Positions 23,701 to 31,684 of a stretch of 39,891 nt of DNA are shown in pieces. This stretch comes from Gaiellaceae bacterium (lineage in GTDB: Bacteria > Actinomycetota > Thermoleophilia > Gaiellales > Gaiellaceae). Position 1 is the stretch's first letter; every line of letters begins with the position of its first letter. The DNA is taken from positions 1 through 39,891 of the forward strand of contig DASUOK010000096.1 of NCBI GenBank assembly GCA_036276675.1, written 5' to 3'. The position numbers and the translations under genes are program-made. The notes beneath the pieces were generated by a model. That model was not told the origin of the DNA and searched no databases. It saw only the letters and a program-made list of their open reading frames with translations.

Positions 23701-25050
23701 GTGAGCTCCACGGTCTCCGGCACGCGCACCGAGCTCGTCGAAGGGCTGATGGCCGCGTTCCCGCACATCCCGCGCGAGGCCGTGCTGAAGGAGGACCTGC
23801 TCCGCACCGGCATCGACTTCGACACCTCCGCGCTGACGGAGAACCTCGACGGCGAGGTGAAGCCGAAGTCGTACTTCATCTTCTCCTTCGACCAGAAGCC
23901 GCTCGCGCAGCTCGGCGAGGCCGCGCGCCGGCGGCCGCCGGAGGAGATCGCCCTCACGGGCGGCCCGTACGAGCTGCGCCGCACGATCGTCTCCGTGCGC
24001 GTCAACCCCGGCTCGCCCTACCACATCACGCGCGGCGAGACGGGTGAGCTCCGGCTCTCGCTGGAGGGCCGCGAGATCGCGGACGTCGGCCTGCCGCCGA
24101 TGCCCGAGTACTACCGGCACACGCTCGAGAACGGCAAGACGGTGCTGGAGACGGCGCCGACGATCCAGTGGGGCTACCTGATCTACCTGACCGTGCTGCG
24201 CCTGTGCCAGTACTTCGGCGCCAAGGAGGAGTGCGGCTTCTGCGACATCAACCACAACTGGCGCCAGCACAAGCGCGAGGGCCGCCCCTACACGGGCGTG
24301 AAGCCGGTCGCGGACGTGCTCGAGGCGCTGGCGCTGATCGACCGCTACGACACGGCGGCGGTGAGCAAGGCGTACACGCTCACCGGCGGCTCCGTGACGA
24401 GCACGGTCGACGGGCTCGCGGAGGCCGACTTCTACGGCCGCTACGCGCAGGCGATCGAGGAGCGCTTCCCCAACCGGTGGATCGGCAAGGTCGTCGCGCA
24501 GGCGCTGCCGAAGGCCGACGTGCAGCGCTACAAGGACTACGGGATCACCATCTACCACCCGAACTACGAGGTCTGGGACAAGCGGCTCTTCGAGCTGATC
24601 TCCCCGGGCAAGCAGCGCTACGTCGGCCGCGAGGAGTGGCACCGGCGGATCTTCGACGCGGCCGATGTCTTCGGCGCCCGCTACGTGATCCCGAACTTCG
24701 TCGCCGGCGTCGAGCTGGCGAAGCCGTTCGGCTTCAGGACGATCGACGAGGCGATCGCGAGCACGACGGAGGGGCTCGACTTCTTCATGGGCCGCGGCAT
24801 CACGCCACGCTTCACCACCTGGTGCCCCGAGCCGACGACGCCGCTCGGCCGCGACAACCCCGACGGCGCGCCGCTCGAGTACCACATCCGACTGCTGGAG
24901 GCCTACCGCGAGACGCTGGAGCGTCACGGGCTCAAGCCGCCACCCGGCTACGGCGTCGCGGGCGCCGGCAACGCGGTCTTCTCGGTCAGCTCCTTCATGG
25001 ACACGCTGGCGCCCGAGGTGGTCATCGTGGAGGAGGCGGTGCCGTCGTGA
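23701..25050 (+). CDS. Radical-SAM-like TIM-barrel protein with a non-canonical C-x8-C-x2-C motif and an N-terminal domain of about 165 aa
   Basis: Cys169, Cys178 and Cys181 lie in LRLCQYFGAKEECGFCD (nt 24205-24243). Barrel-like strands follow (YTLTGGS, TIYHPNYEVWD, NFVAGVE). High GC3. The GTG start and the stop overlap the next gene as GTGA. Confidence 0.6.
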   Translation: MSSTVSGTRTELVEGLMAAFPHIPREAVLKEDLLRTGIDFDTSALTENLDGEVKPKSYFIFSFDQKPLAQLGEAARRRPPEEIALTGGPYELRRTIVSVRVNPGSPYHITRGETGELRLSLEGREIADVGLPPMPEYYRHTLENGKTVLETAPTIQWGYLIYLTVLRLCQYFGAKEECGFCDINHNWRQHKREGRPYTGVKPVADVLEALALIDRYDTAAVSKAYTLTGGSVTSTVDGLAEADFYGRYAQAIEERFPNRWIGKVVAQALPKADVQRYKDYGITIYHPNYEVWDKRLFELISPGKQRYVGREEWHRRIFDAADVFGARYVIPNFVAGVELAKPFGFRTIDEAIASTTEGLDFFMGRGITPRFTTWCPEPTTPLGRDNPDGAPLEYHIRLLEAYRETLERHGLKPPPGYGVAGAGNAVFSVSSFMDTLAPEVVIVEEAVPS

Positions 25051-26093
25051 GCGGCCGCCTCACGGTCGACGAGGCGACCGTCCTCTGGCACGAGGCGAGC
25101 GACGAGGAGCTGCAGCGGCTGGCGCAGGAGGTGCGGAACCGCTGGCACGAGCCCGACCGCGCCACGTACATGGTGATGCGGATCATCAACTACACGAACG
25201 TCTGCGTCGCGCAGTGCGACTACTGCGCGTTCTACGTGCTGCCCAACCAGGAGGGCGGCTACGTGCTCTCGCGGGACGAGGTGTTCGCGAAGATCGACGA
25301 GCTGGTGGAGCTCGGCGGCGACCTCGTCGGCTTCAACGGCGGCTTCAACCCGCGCCTGCCGCTCGACTACTACGCCGACCTCTTCGCCGCCGTGCGCGAG
25401 CGCTACGGCGACCGGGTCGAGTTCTACGCGCTCACGATCGCCGAGTTCGTCTACCTCGCCGACCGCGCCGGCCTCAGCCACGCCGAGGCGGCGGTCAGGC
25501 TGCGGGACGCCGGCGTGCACTGGATCACCGGCGGCGGCAGCGAGATCCTCACCGAGGGCTTCCGCTCCCGGCACGCGAAGTTCAAGTACACGGTGCGCGA
25601 GTACTTCGAGGCGCAGCGCGCGATCGTGGAGAGCGGGATGAAGACGACCGCGACGATGGTGATCGGCTTCGACGAGACACTCGAGGAACGCCTCGAGCAC
25701 CTGCAGCGCACGCGCGACTTCCAGGACGCCTGCCTCGCCGACGGCTACGACGGCCTCTTCTCGTTCCTGTGCTGGACGTACAAGCCGTACGGCACCGCGC
25801 TCGGCGGCCGCGAGATCTCTCCGCGCGAGTACTGGCGGCACATGGCGCTCTCGCGGATCTTCCTCGACAACGTCAAGCACTTCCGCACCTCGGTGCTGAC
25901 GCAGAACGAGGAGGCCTTCCGCGCCCTCGACTACGGCGCCGATGACTTCGACCTGCCGATCGAGGACGAGGTGACGCAGAAGGCCGGCGCGCGGATCGAG
26001 CTCGACCTCGAGGCGCTGCTGGCGGTGCCGCGCCGGCTCGGCTACCGCGTCGAGTACCGCCGGGCCGAGCGGCCCGCCGCCCTCGCCTCGTAG
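25047..26093 (+). CDS. CofH/MqnC/MqnE-family radical SAM enzyme (futalosine-pathway type, MqnC-like)
   Basis: Canonical NYTNVCVAQCDYCAF (CX3CX2C), then GGGSEIL, ATMVIGFDET and GADDFD...EDEVTQKAGA. GTG 25047 is in frame with track ORF 24168..26093. The subfamily assignment (MqnC versus MqnE) cannot be resolved by eye. Confidence 0.8.
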   Translation: MSGRLTVDEATVLWHEASDEELQRLAQEVRNRWHEPDRATYMVMRIINYTNVCVAQCDYCAFYVLPNQEGGYVLSRDEVFAKIDELVELGGDLVGFNGGFNPRLPLDYYADLFAAVRERYGDRVEFYALTIAEFVYLADRAGLSHAEAAVRLRDAGVHWITGGGSEILTEGFRSRHAKFKYTVREYFEAQRAIVESGMKTTATMVIGFDETLEERLEHLQRTRDFQDACLADGYDGLFSFLCWTYKPYGTALGGREISPREYWRHMALSRIFLDNVKHFRTSVLTQNEEAFRALDYGADDFDLPIEDEVTQKAGARIELDLEALLAVPRRLGYRVEYRRAERPAALAS

Positions 26094-26864
26094 CTAGGCG
26101 CCGACCGGCTGCTTCTGGACGAACCGCAGCTCCGGCACCTGCTCGAGCTCGCCGACGTCGCGGGCCATCTCGAGGAAGGTGTAGAGGCCGGCGCGCTCGC
26201 GCGGGCCGAACGAGTAGCGCAGCTTCTCGAAGTAGCGGGCGAGGTAGCCGGCCGGATAGCCATAGCGGGCGCTCGCCTCGTGCGCGAGCACCTCCGGCTC
26301 GGCGCGGGCCAGCCGCACCGAGGCGACGAGGGCGTGCTCGAGCTCGCCGAGCCCGGCGACGACGGGCTCCGGAGCCGCCCACACGGCGAACACCATCGGC
26401 AGACCGGTCCGCTCGAGCCAGAGGCGGCCGAGGTCGTAGTGCGGCGTCGGGTCCTCGAACGCGCTGCGGAGCGCCGCGTCGCCGATCAGGAGCTTCGCGT
26501 CCGCACCCGCCGCGTCGTGTGGCAGATGCTCGGCCTGGGGCAGCAGCACCTTCGTCAGCACCACGGAGGTGGCGCTCTCGGGCGTGACGGCGACGGAGCG
26601 GATCTGCGGGAACGGCAGCCGCGAGACGAGCTGGATCGACTCGACCGCGCCCTCGGAGGAGACGCACAGGCGCGGCAGCAGCCGCAGCGCACCCGCATGG
26701 CGTGCGTACTCGATCGAGGAGATGGGCGCGATGTCGAGCTGACCGTCGAGCAGCATCCGGTTGAGCTCGGTCGGGACGCCGCTCACCTCCTCCACCTCGA
26801 CGTTCAGCCGGTGGAACACCGGCGCCATGTTCACGTACGAGATGCGGCCCAACCGAATGGCCAT
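26094..26864 (-). CDS. mqnA: Chorismate dehydratase (futalosine pathway, VitK2_biosynth family)
   Basis: Motifs LGRISYVNMAPVFH, LDGQLDIAPISSIEY and MVFAVWAA. The start codon directly follows the upstream stop. Confidence 0.85.
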   Translation of the reverse strand: MAIRLGRISYVNMAPVFHRLNVEVEEVSGVPTELNRMLLDGQLDIAPISSIEYARHAGALRLLPRLCVSSEGAVESIQLVSRLPFPQIRSVAVTPESATSVVLTKVLLPQAEHLPHDAAGADAKLLIGDAALRSAFEDPTPHYDLGRLWLERTGLPMVFAVWAAPEPVVAGLGELEHALVASVRLARAEPEVLAHEASARYGYPAGYLARYFEKLRYSFGPRERAGLYTFLEMARDVGELEQVPELRFVQKQPVGA

Positions 26865-27764
26865 TCAGCTCCTCCTGTCCACGACTGCCTCTGCCAGTGC
26901 CTCGAGCTCGAGCCGGTGGGCGCCGCCGTCGAGGCTCGCACGCGCCCGGTCAGCGTAACCGCGCGCGACCTCCAGCGAGCGCTCGAGCGCGCCCGTGGCG
27001 GCGACACGGACGAGGACGCCGGCCATCGGGCCGCCCGCGAGCGCCGCGCGCACCGCCTCGTCCTCGCGGGCGGCGAGCAGCAGCGGCAGTGTGGGCGTGC
27101 CCTCGCGCAGGTCGGTGCCGGCGAGCTTGCCGGTCTCCGACGCCTCACCGGCGCAGTCGAGCACGTCGTCGGCGATCTGGAACGCGATCCCCAGGGCGAG
27201 GCCGTAGCGCCCGAGCCGCTCGTCGCGGGAGCCGAGCAGGCACGCCGCTTCGAAGAGCTTCCCCGTCTTCAGCGCGATCCGCTCCAGGTAATCGTCCACG
27301 GAGGTCTCCGGACGGTGCCGCTGCCGCCGCTGGAGCGCCTCGCCGCGGACGAGCGCGAGGCAGGCGTCGGTGAGGATGCGCACCCCGTCCAGGTCGCCCG
27401 CCTCCGCGAGGACGCCGAAGGCACGGGCAAACAGGTAGTCGCCGGTCGCCTTGGCGGCGTCGTCGCCGTGGGCGGCCCAGGCGGTGGCGCGCCCGCGGCG
27501 CAGGCGGGCGCCGTCGATCAGGTCGTCGTGGACGAGGGTGGCGGTGTGGACGAGCTCGATCGCGACGCTCGCCCGCAGCGCCTGCTCGCGGTCGTCGGCG
27601 ACGAGGTGGACGAGCAGGGGCCGCAGCCGCTTGCCGCCGGCACCGACCGCCTCGGCGCCCACCTGCTCGACGAGCCCTGGGACGCGCGAGACGGCGTCGA
27701 GCAGCCGCTCCTCGAGCTCGTCGAGGTACGGGCGCGCCTCCGTGTAGACGGCCTCGGTCATCAT
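26865..27764 (-). CDS. Long-chain trans-polyprenyl diphosphate synthase (hepta/octaprenyl type)
   Basis: This is the C-terminal 299 aa of track ORF 26865..28541. It carries two aspartate-rich motifs (LVHDDLIDG and IADDVLD) and GKRLRP. ATGA overlap with the menG stop. Confidence 0.9.
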   Translation of the reverse strand: MMTEAVYTEARPYLDELEERLLDAVSRVPGLVEQVGAEAVGAGGKRLRPLLVHLVADDREQALRASVAIELVHTATLVHDDLIDGARLRRGRATAWAAHGDDAAKATGDYLFARAFGVLAEAGDLDGVRILTDACLALVRGEALQRRQRHRPETSVDDYLERIALKTGKLFEAACLLGSRDERLGRYGLALGIAFQIADDVLDCAGEASETGKLAGTDLREGTPTLPLLLAAREDEAVRAALAGGPMAGVLVRVAATGALERSLEVARGYADRARASLDGGAHRLELEALAEAVVDRRS

Positions 27765-28444
27765 CGGCGTGTCCCCGTGTGCAGGGCGACGATCCCGCCC
27801 GCGAGCAGCCGGTACGAGACCTCGGCGAAGCCGTGGGCCTCGACGAGGCGCGCGAGCTCCTGCGGGCCCGGGAAGCGCCGCACGCTCGCCGGCAGGTAGG
27901 TGTAGGCCTTCCCGCCCGGCAGCAGCTTGCCGGCGAGCGGGATCAGCACGTCGAACCAGAGCTTGTAGAACGGCTTCAGGAGGCCGCGCGGCTTCGTGAT
28001 CTCGAGGATCGCGAGCCGGCCGCCGGGGCGCAGGACCCGCGCGAGCTCGGCGATCCCACGGTCGAGATCCTCGACATTGCGGACGCCGAAGCCGACGGTC
28101 GCGGCATCGAACGAGGCGTCCTCGAACGGCAGCGCGAGCAGGTCGCCGCGCACCCATTCGAGCTCCGGCCCCTTGCGGCGCGCACGCTCGAGCATCGGCT
28201 CGGAGAAGTCGAGCCCGACGACGTCCGCGCCGGCGTCGCGCGCGGCGAGCGCGAGGTCGCCGGTGCCGCAGCACGCGTCGAGCACGCGGTCGCCCGGCCG
28301 CACGGCGAGCCGCACCGCCAGCCGGCGCCAGCGCTGATCGAGGCCGGCCGTCATCACGCGGTTCATCAGGTCGTAGACGGGCGCGATCCGGTCGAACATC
28401 GTGCGCACGCCCTCGGCCGGCAGCGTGCCGGACCTGTGCGTCAC
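27761..28444 (-). CDS. menG: Demethylmenaquinone/ubiquinone C-methyltransferase (UbiE/MenG family)
   Basis: Motifs MFDRIAPVYDLMN, LDACCGTGDL, FGVRNVED and LRPGGRLAILE. GTGA overlap with the ubiX stop. Confidence 0.9.
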   Translation of the reverse strand: MTHRSGTLPAEGVRTMFDRIAPVYDLMNRVMTAGLDQRWRRLAVRLAVRPGDRVLDACCGTGDLALAARDAGADVVGLDFSEPMLERARRKGPELEWVRGDLLALPFEDASFDAATVGFGVRNVEDLDRGIAELARVLRPGGRLAILEITKPRGLLKPFYKLWFDVLIPLAGKLLPGGKAYTYLPASVRRFPGPQELARLVEAHGFAEVSYRLLAGGIVALHTGTRR

Positions 28445-29058
28445 GACTGCCCCCACCGCGCCACGAGCGTGTTCTCGAGGCCGAGCTGGTCGAGGATCCG
28501 GGCGACCACGAACCGGACCAGATCGTCCACCGTCTCCGCACCGTGGTAGAAGCCCGGGGCGGCGAAGAGGATCGTCGCGCCCGCCTGCCGCAGCGTCGTC
28601 AGCCCGGCGAGGTGGATCGCCGACAACGGCGTCTCCCGCGGGACGAGCACGAGCTTCCGCTCCTCCTTGAGGGCCACGGAGGCGGCGCGGTGGATCAGAT
28701 TCGCCATCGCCCCGGCCGCGACCGTGCCGACCGTCGACATCGAGCAGGGGCAGATCACGTACGCGTCGACCTTCGCCGAGCCCGAGGCGTAGGGGCTCTT
28801 GTAGTCGGCGATGCCGTAGACGGTCACGTTCCGCGCGTCGCCGACGAGCCGCTCGAGCACCTCGTCGCGCGCGAGCGAGGGATCGTCGTAGAGCTCGGTG
28901 GCGAGCACCTCGATCCCCGCCGCGGACGCCGTCAGCCCCACCTCGCAGCCGGCGTCCGAGAGCGCGTGCAGGAGCCTGGCGGCGTATGGCGCGCCCGACG
29001 CGCCGGTGACGCCGAGGAACACCTTCATGGGACGCTCGCCCGGCGCCGGGCGCGCCAC
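28441..29058 (-). CDS. ubiX: Flavin prenyltransferase UbiX (prenyl-FMN synthase)
   Basis: Motifs GVTGASGAPYA, VICPCSMSTV and LVLVPRETP. GTG 29058 directly follows the qcrC stop; ATG 29028 (MKVFLGVTG) is an alternative start. Confidence 0.9.
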   Translation of the reverse strand: MARPAPGERPMKVFLGVTGASGAPYAARLLHALSDAGCEVGLTASAAGIEVLATELYDDPSLARDEVLERLVGDARNVTVYGIADYKSPYASGSAKVDAYVICPCSMSTVGTVAAGAMANLIHRAASVALKEERKLVLVPRETPLSAIHLAGLTTLRQAGATILFAAPGFYHGAETVDDLVRFVVARILDQLGLENTLVARWGQS

Positions 29059-29892
29059 TTACTCTTCCGGGCCCTTGGACGCGTCGAGGAAGGTCGCGAT
29101 CGCCGTCAACTGCTCGTCGTCGAGGCTGCCGCCGAACTCCTCGCCGTACGCGGGCATCACGGGGTTGCCGAAGTCCGCCGGGTTGGCGACGTAGCTCTTG
29201 AAGAAGTCGATGCCGCGGTCGCCCGCCCCGATCGCGCTCAGCTCCGGGGCGCCGAGGTTCTGCGAGCCGATCCCGAGGTAGACGTGGCACTGGGCGCAAC
29301 CTGTCTCCGCGAAGAGCTGCGCGCCCTGGACTGCGACCTCGTTGTCGGCGAAGCCCTGACGTTCCGCCCACTCCGGCACGGCCTCGACCAGCTCGCTGCC
29401 GAGGGCCTCCTCCGCGGTCGCGCCCTTCCACGTGAGCACGCCCATGGCGAGCACGACGAGGATCACCGTCACGATCGCGACGGGCCGCCGCAGCAGCCGG
29501 CGCTCGCGGCGGAGGTCGATGAACGGCAGCACCAGCAGCAGGATCAGCAGGATCGTCGGGATGCCGACGGTGCCGAGGATCACCGACTCGGGCCACTTGA
29601 AGATCCTGAGCAGGTAGAAGAGGAAGAAGAAGTACCAGTCGGGCCGCGGGATGAAATCGGTGGTGCCCGGGTCGGCTTCCTCCGTCCAGTGCGGGCCGAG
29701 CACACCGGCCTCGGTGCCGTCCGCGTCGAAGTACCAGATGCACGCGAGCGCGACGATCACGATCACGACGACGAAGCTCATGATCGTGTCGTGGAACATC
29801 GCGTGCGGGAAGAACGCCTTCCCCCGCTTCTCGACGTCCTCCTTGTAGCGCTGGTGCGCCTCGCGCCGCTCGACGATGCGCCTAGACGCCAT
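29059..29892 (-). CDS. qcrC: Menaquinol:cytochrome c reductase subunit IV fused to a mono-haem cytochrome c (Bacillus QcrC-type)
   Basis: The N-terminal three TM helices carry the PetD-like PDWYFFFLFYLLR motif, and the C-terminal domain carries CAQCH. The ATG overlaps qcrB by 11 nt. Confidence 0.85.
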   Translation of the reverse strand: MASRRIVERREAHQRYKEDVEKRGKAFFPHAMFHDTIMSFVVVIVIVALACIWYFDADGTEAGVLGPHWTEEADPGTTDFIPRPDWYFFFLFYLLRIFKWPESVILGTVGIPTILLILLLVLPFIDLRRERRLLRRPVAIVTVILVVLAMGVLTWKGATAEEALGSELVEAVPEWAERQGFADNEVAVQGAQLFAETGCAQCHVYLGIGSQNLGAPELSAIGAGDRGIDFFKSYVANPADFGNPVMPAYGEEFGGSLDDEQLTAIATFLDASKGPEE

Positions 29893-30688
29893 CCGAGCCT
29901 CCGCGCCCGCCGTGCCGCAGCAGGCCCTCGCGACCCTCGGCCGGCTTGGCGACGACCGTGCCCTCGCCCGCCGCGTTCTTCGTCCACGGGTTCGGCGTCA
30001 CGCCGAGGCGGATCACGAGGTGGAGGTGCAGGATGATCAGGCCGATGATCGCGCCCGGGACCACGAGCATGTGCAGGGAGTAGAACTTGCTGAGGGTGTC
30101 TTCCCCGATCGCCGCACCCCCCTGAAGGAACTGCGCGATGAACGGCCCGAGGAAGGGGGCGGTGCCGTTGATGTTGATGCCGACCACGGTGGCCCAGTAC
30201 GCGGTCTGGTCCCACGGGAGCAGGTAGCCGGTGAAGCCCTCGAGCATGCCGAGCGCCAGCAGGAGCACGCCGACGATCCAGTTCAGCTCGCGCGGGTACT
30301 TGTAGGCGCCGAACAGGAAGACGCGCGCCATGTGGAAGAACATGAGGATGATGAAGACGCTCGCGCCCCAGCGGTGCATGCCGCGCACGAGCCAGCCGAG
30401 CGTGAGGTCGTTGGTGATGTACTGGACGGACTCGTAGGCCGAGTCGGGATCCGGCTTGTAGTAGAAGGCCAAGATCACGCCGGTGATCGCCTGCACGAGG
30501 AAGGCCGTGAGGGTGGCCGAGCCGAGCGTGTGGTACCAGCCGATGTCGCGCGGCACCTTCCGGAAGAGGAAGTACTTGACGGCGCCGACGAGCCCGGAGC
30601 GCTCTTCGAGCCAGTCGAGCGGGTAGAGCGCCGCCGCCTCGATCTGCGCGCGGCGTCCCGACTTCCCGCGAGGCGGCGCTGTGGCCAC
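29882..30688 (-). CDS. qcrB: Cytochrome b6-type (split, four-helix) cytochrome b subunit
   Basis: This is the C-terminal 268 aa of track ORF 29882..31564. The helix B His pair (MHRWGASVFIILMFFH) has 13 residues between the His, and the helix D pair (HMLVVPGAIIGLIILH) has 14. Also LPWDQ. The GTG shares 1 nt with the qcrA TAG. Confidence 0.9.
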   Translation of the reverse strand: MATAPPRGKSGRRAQIEAAALYPLDWLEERSGLVGAVKYFLFRKVPRDIGWYHTLGSATLTAFLVQAITGVILAFYYKPDPDSAYESVQYITNDLTLGWLVRGMHRWGASVFIILMFFHMARVFLFGAYKYPRELNWIVGVLLLALGMLEGFTGYLLPWDQTAYWATVVGININGTAPFLGPFIAQFLQGGAAIGEDTLSKFYSLHMLVVPGAIIGLIILHLHLVIRLGVTPNPWTKNAAGEGTVVAKPAEGREGLLRHGGRGGSDGV

Positions 30689-31641
30689 TAGCCCGGGACC
30701 TCGATCGGGTACAGCCAGGCGGACGGGCCGTCCACGTGCACGCCCGGGCTCGTGTGGCCGTACTTCGTGATCCGCGCGCGCGCTCCCGTGCCCTCGACCT
30801 CCCCGACGCTGTAGAAATCGCCGAGCCAGAGGTTGCCGTTGCGGATCGAGAACTCGCAGCGGTCGAGCGCGCGGACGGGCGGCCCGGCGGTGCGGTTGCC
30901 CTCGGTGTCGTACTGGCCGCCGTGGCAGGGACAGCCGAAGCCGGACGGCTGGGTCGGAACCAGCCGGATGGCGCCGCCCTCGCCGACCGTCTGCGCCGCG
31001 TCCTCGTCGACGGGGCCGTTCGGCTGCACCGGGCAGCCGAGGTGGACGCAGCGGGAGAAGAGGATCGTGAAGCTCGAGACCGGGCCTTCCGGCGTGTCCG
31101 CGACGCCGTTGTTGCGCACGAAGACGGTGCGGCGGCTGACCTCGCCGATCTCCGGGTCCTCGAGGTAGGTGGCGATCACGAACTCCCCCCGCGGGAAGTT
31201 CTCGACCGGGCCGAGGTCGACCGACTGCTCGTCCTGGTTCGTGAAGGAGGGCAGCACGGCGAAGCCGAGCACCGGAACGGTGATGATGCCGCCGATCGCG
31301 GCGCCGACGCCGATCGTCGCGGCCGAGAGGAACGTGCTGCGCGGATAGGCCGCGACCTCCTCGTCGTCGGCGACGGGCACGGCGCCCGCCGCGGCGGGCG
31401 GCGCGCCGGTCTCGCGTACGGCCCGCGTCTCCGGCTCCACGTGGGGCGCCGGCTCGCGCACGCCTCTCGTGACGTCGCGGATCCAGAGGAACCCGAAAAC
31501 GATCGCCAGGACCGCGCCGACGGCCGCCACGGGCAGGCTGACGACGAGCCCGAGCAGGACGCACGCGATGCCGATGGCGAAGCCGATCGGCCAGAGGCTC
31601 GGCGGCGGCAGATGCGGCGTTTCGTTGTCGTGCATGCTCAA
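30688..31641 (-). CDS. qcrA: Rieske 2Fe-2S subunit of the menaquinol:cytochrome c reductase
   Basis: Box I CVHLGC and box II CPCHGG, with three predicted N-terminal TM helices. The start is either TTG 31641 (GGAGGAG 8 nt upstream) or ATG 31635. Confidence 0.85.
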   Translation of the reverse strand: MSMHDNETPHLPPPSLWPIGFAIGIACVLLGLVVSLPVAAVGAVLAIVFGFLWIRDVTRGVREPAPHVEPETRAVRETGAPPAAAGAVPVADDEEVAAYPRSTFLSAATIGVGAAIGGIITVPVLGFAVLPSFTNQDEQSVDLGPVENFPRGEFVIATYLEDPEIGEVSRRTVFVRNNGVADTPEGPVSSFTILFSRCVHLGCPVQPNGPVDEDAAQTVGEGGAIRLVPTQPSGFGCPCHGGQYDTEGNRTAGPPVRALDRCEFSIRNGNLWLGDFYSVGEVEGTGARARITKYGHTSPGVHVDGPSAWLYPIEVPG

Positions 31642-31684
31642 GCCTCGGTCTCCTCCGGATCTAACCCGTCTGTGCCTCGCCCTG

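Noticed and set aside
16098-23704. Very long antisense or off-frame ORFs (16098..17909, 18130..20157, 20184..21806, 22157..23704)
   Set aside because: Each is antisense to a gene with clear family motifs (PhoX, CapD, DegT/DedA, glycosidase), and each translation is Arg/Asp/Glu/Pro-rich.
23614-30036. ORFs 23614..24927 (-), 24948..25880 (-), 25873..26667 (-), 26280..27899 (+) and 28543..30036 (+)
   Set aside because: They are antisense to the radical SAM genes, mqnA, the polyprenyl synthase, ubiX and qcrC. They have no motifs and low-complexity composition.
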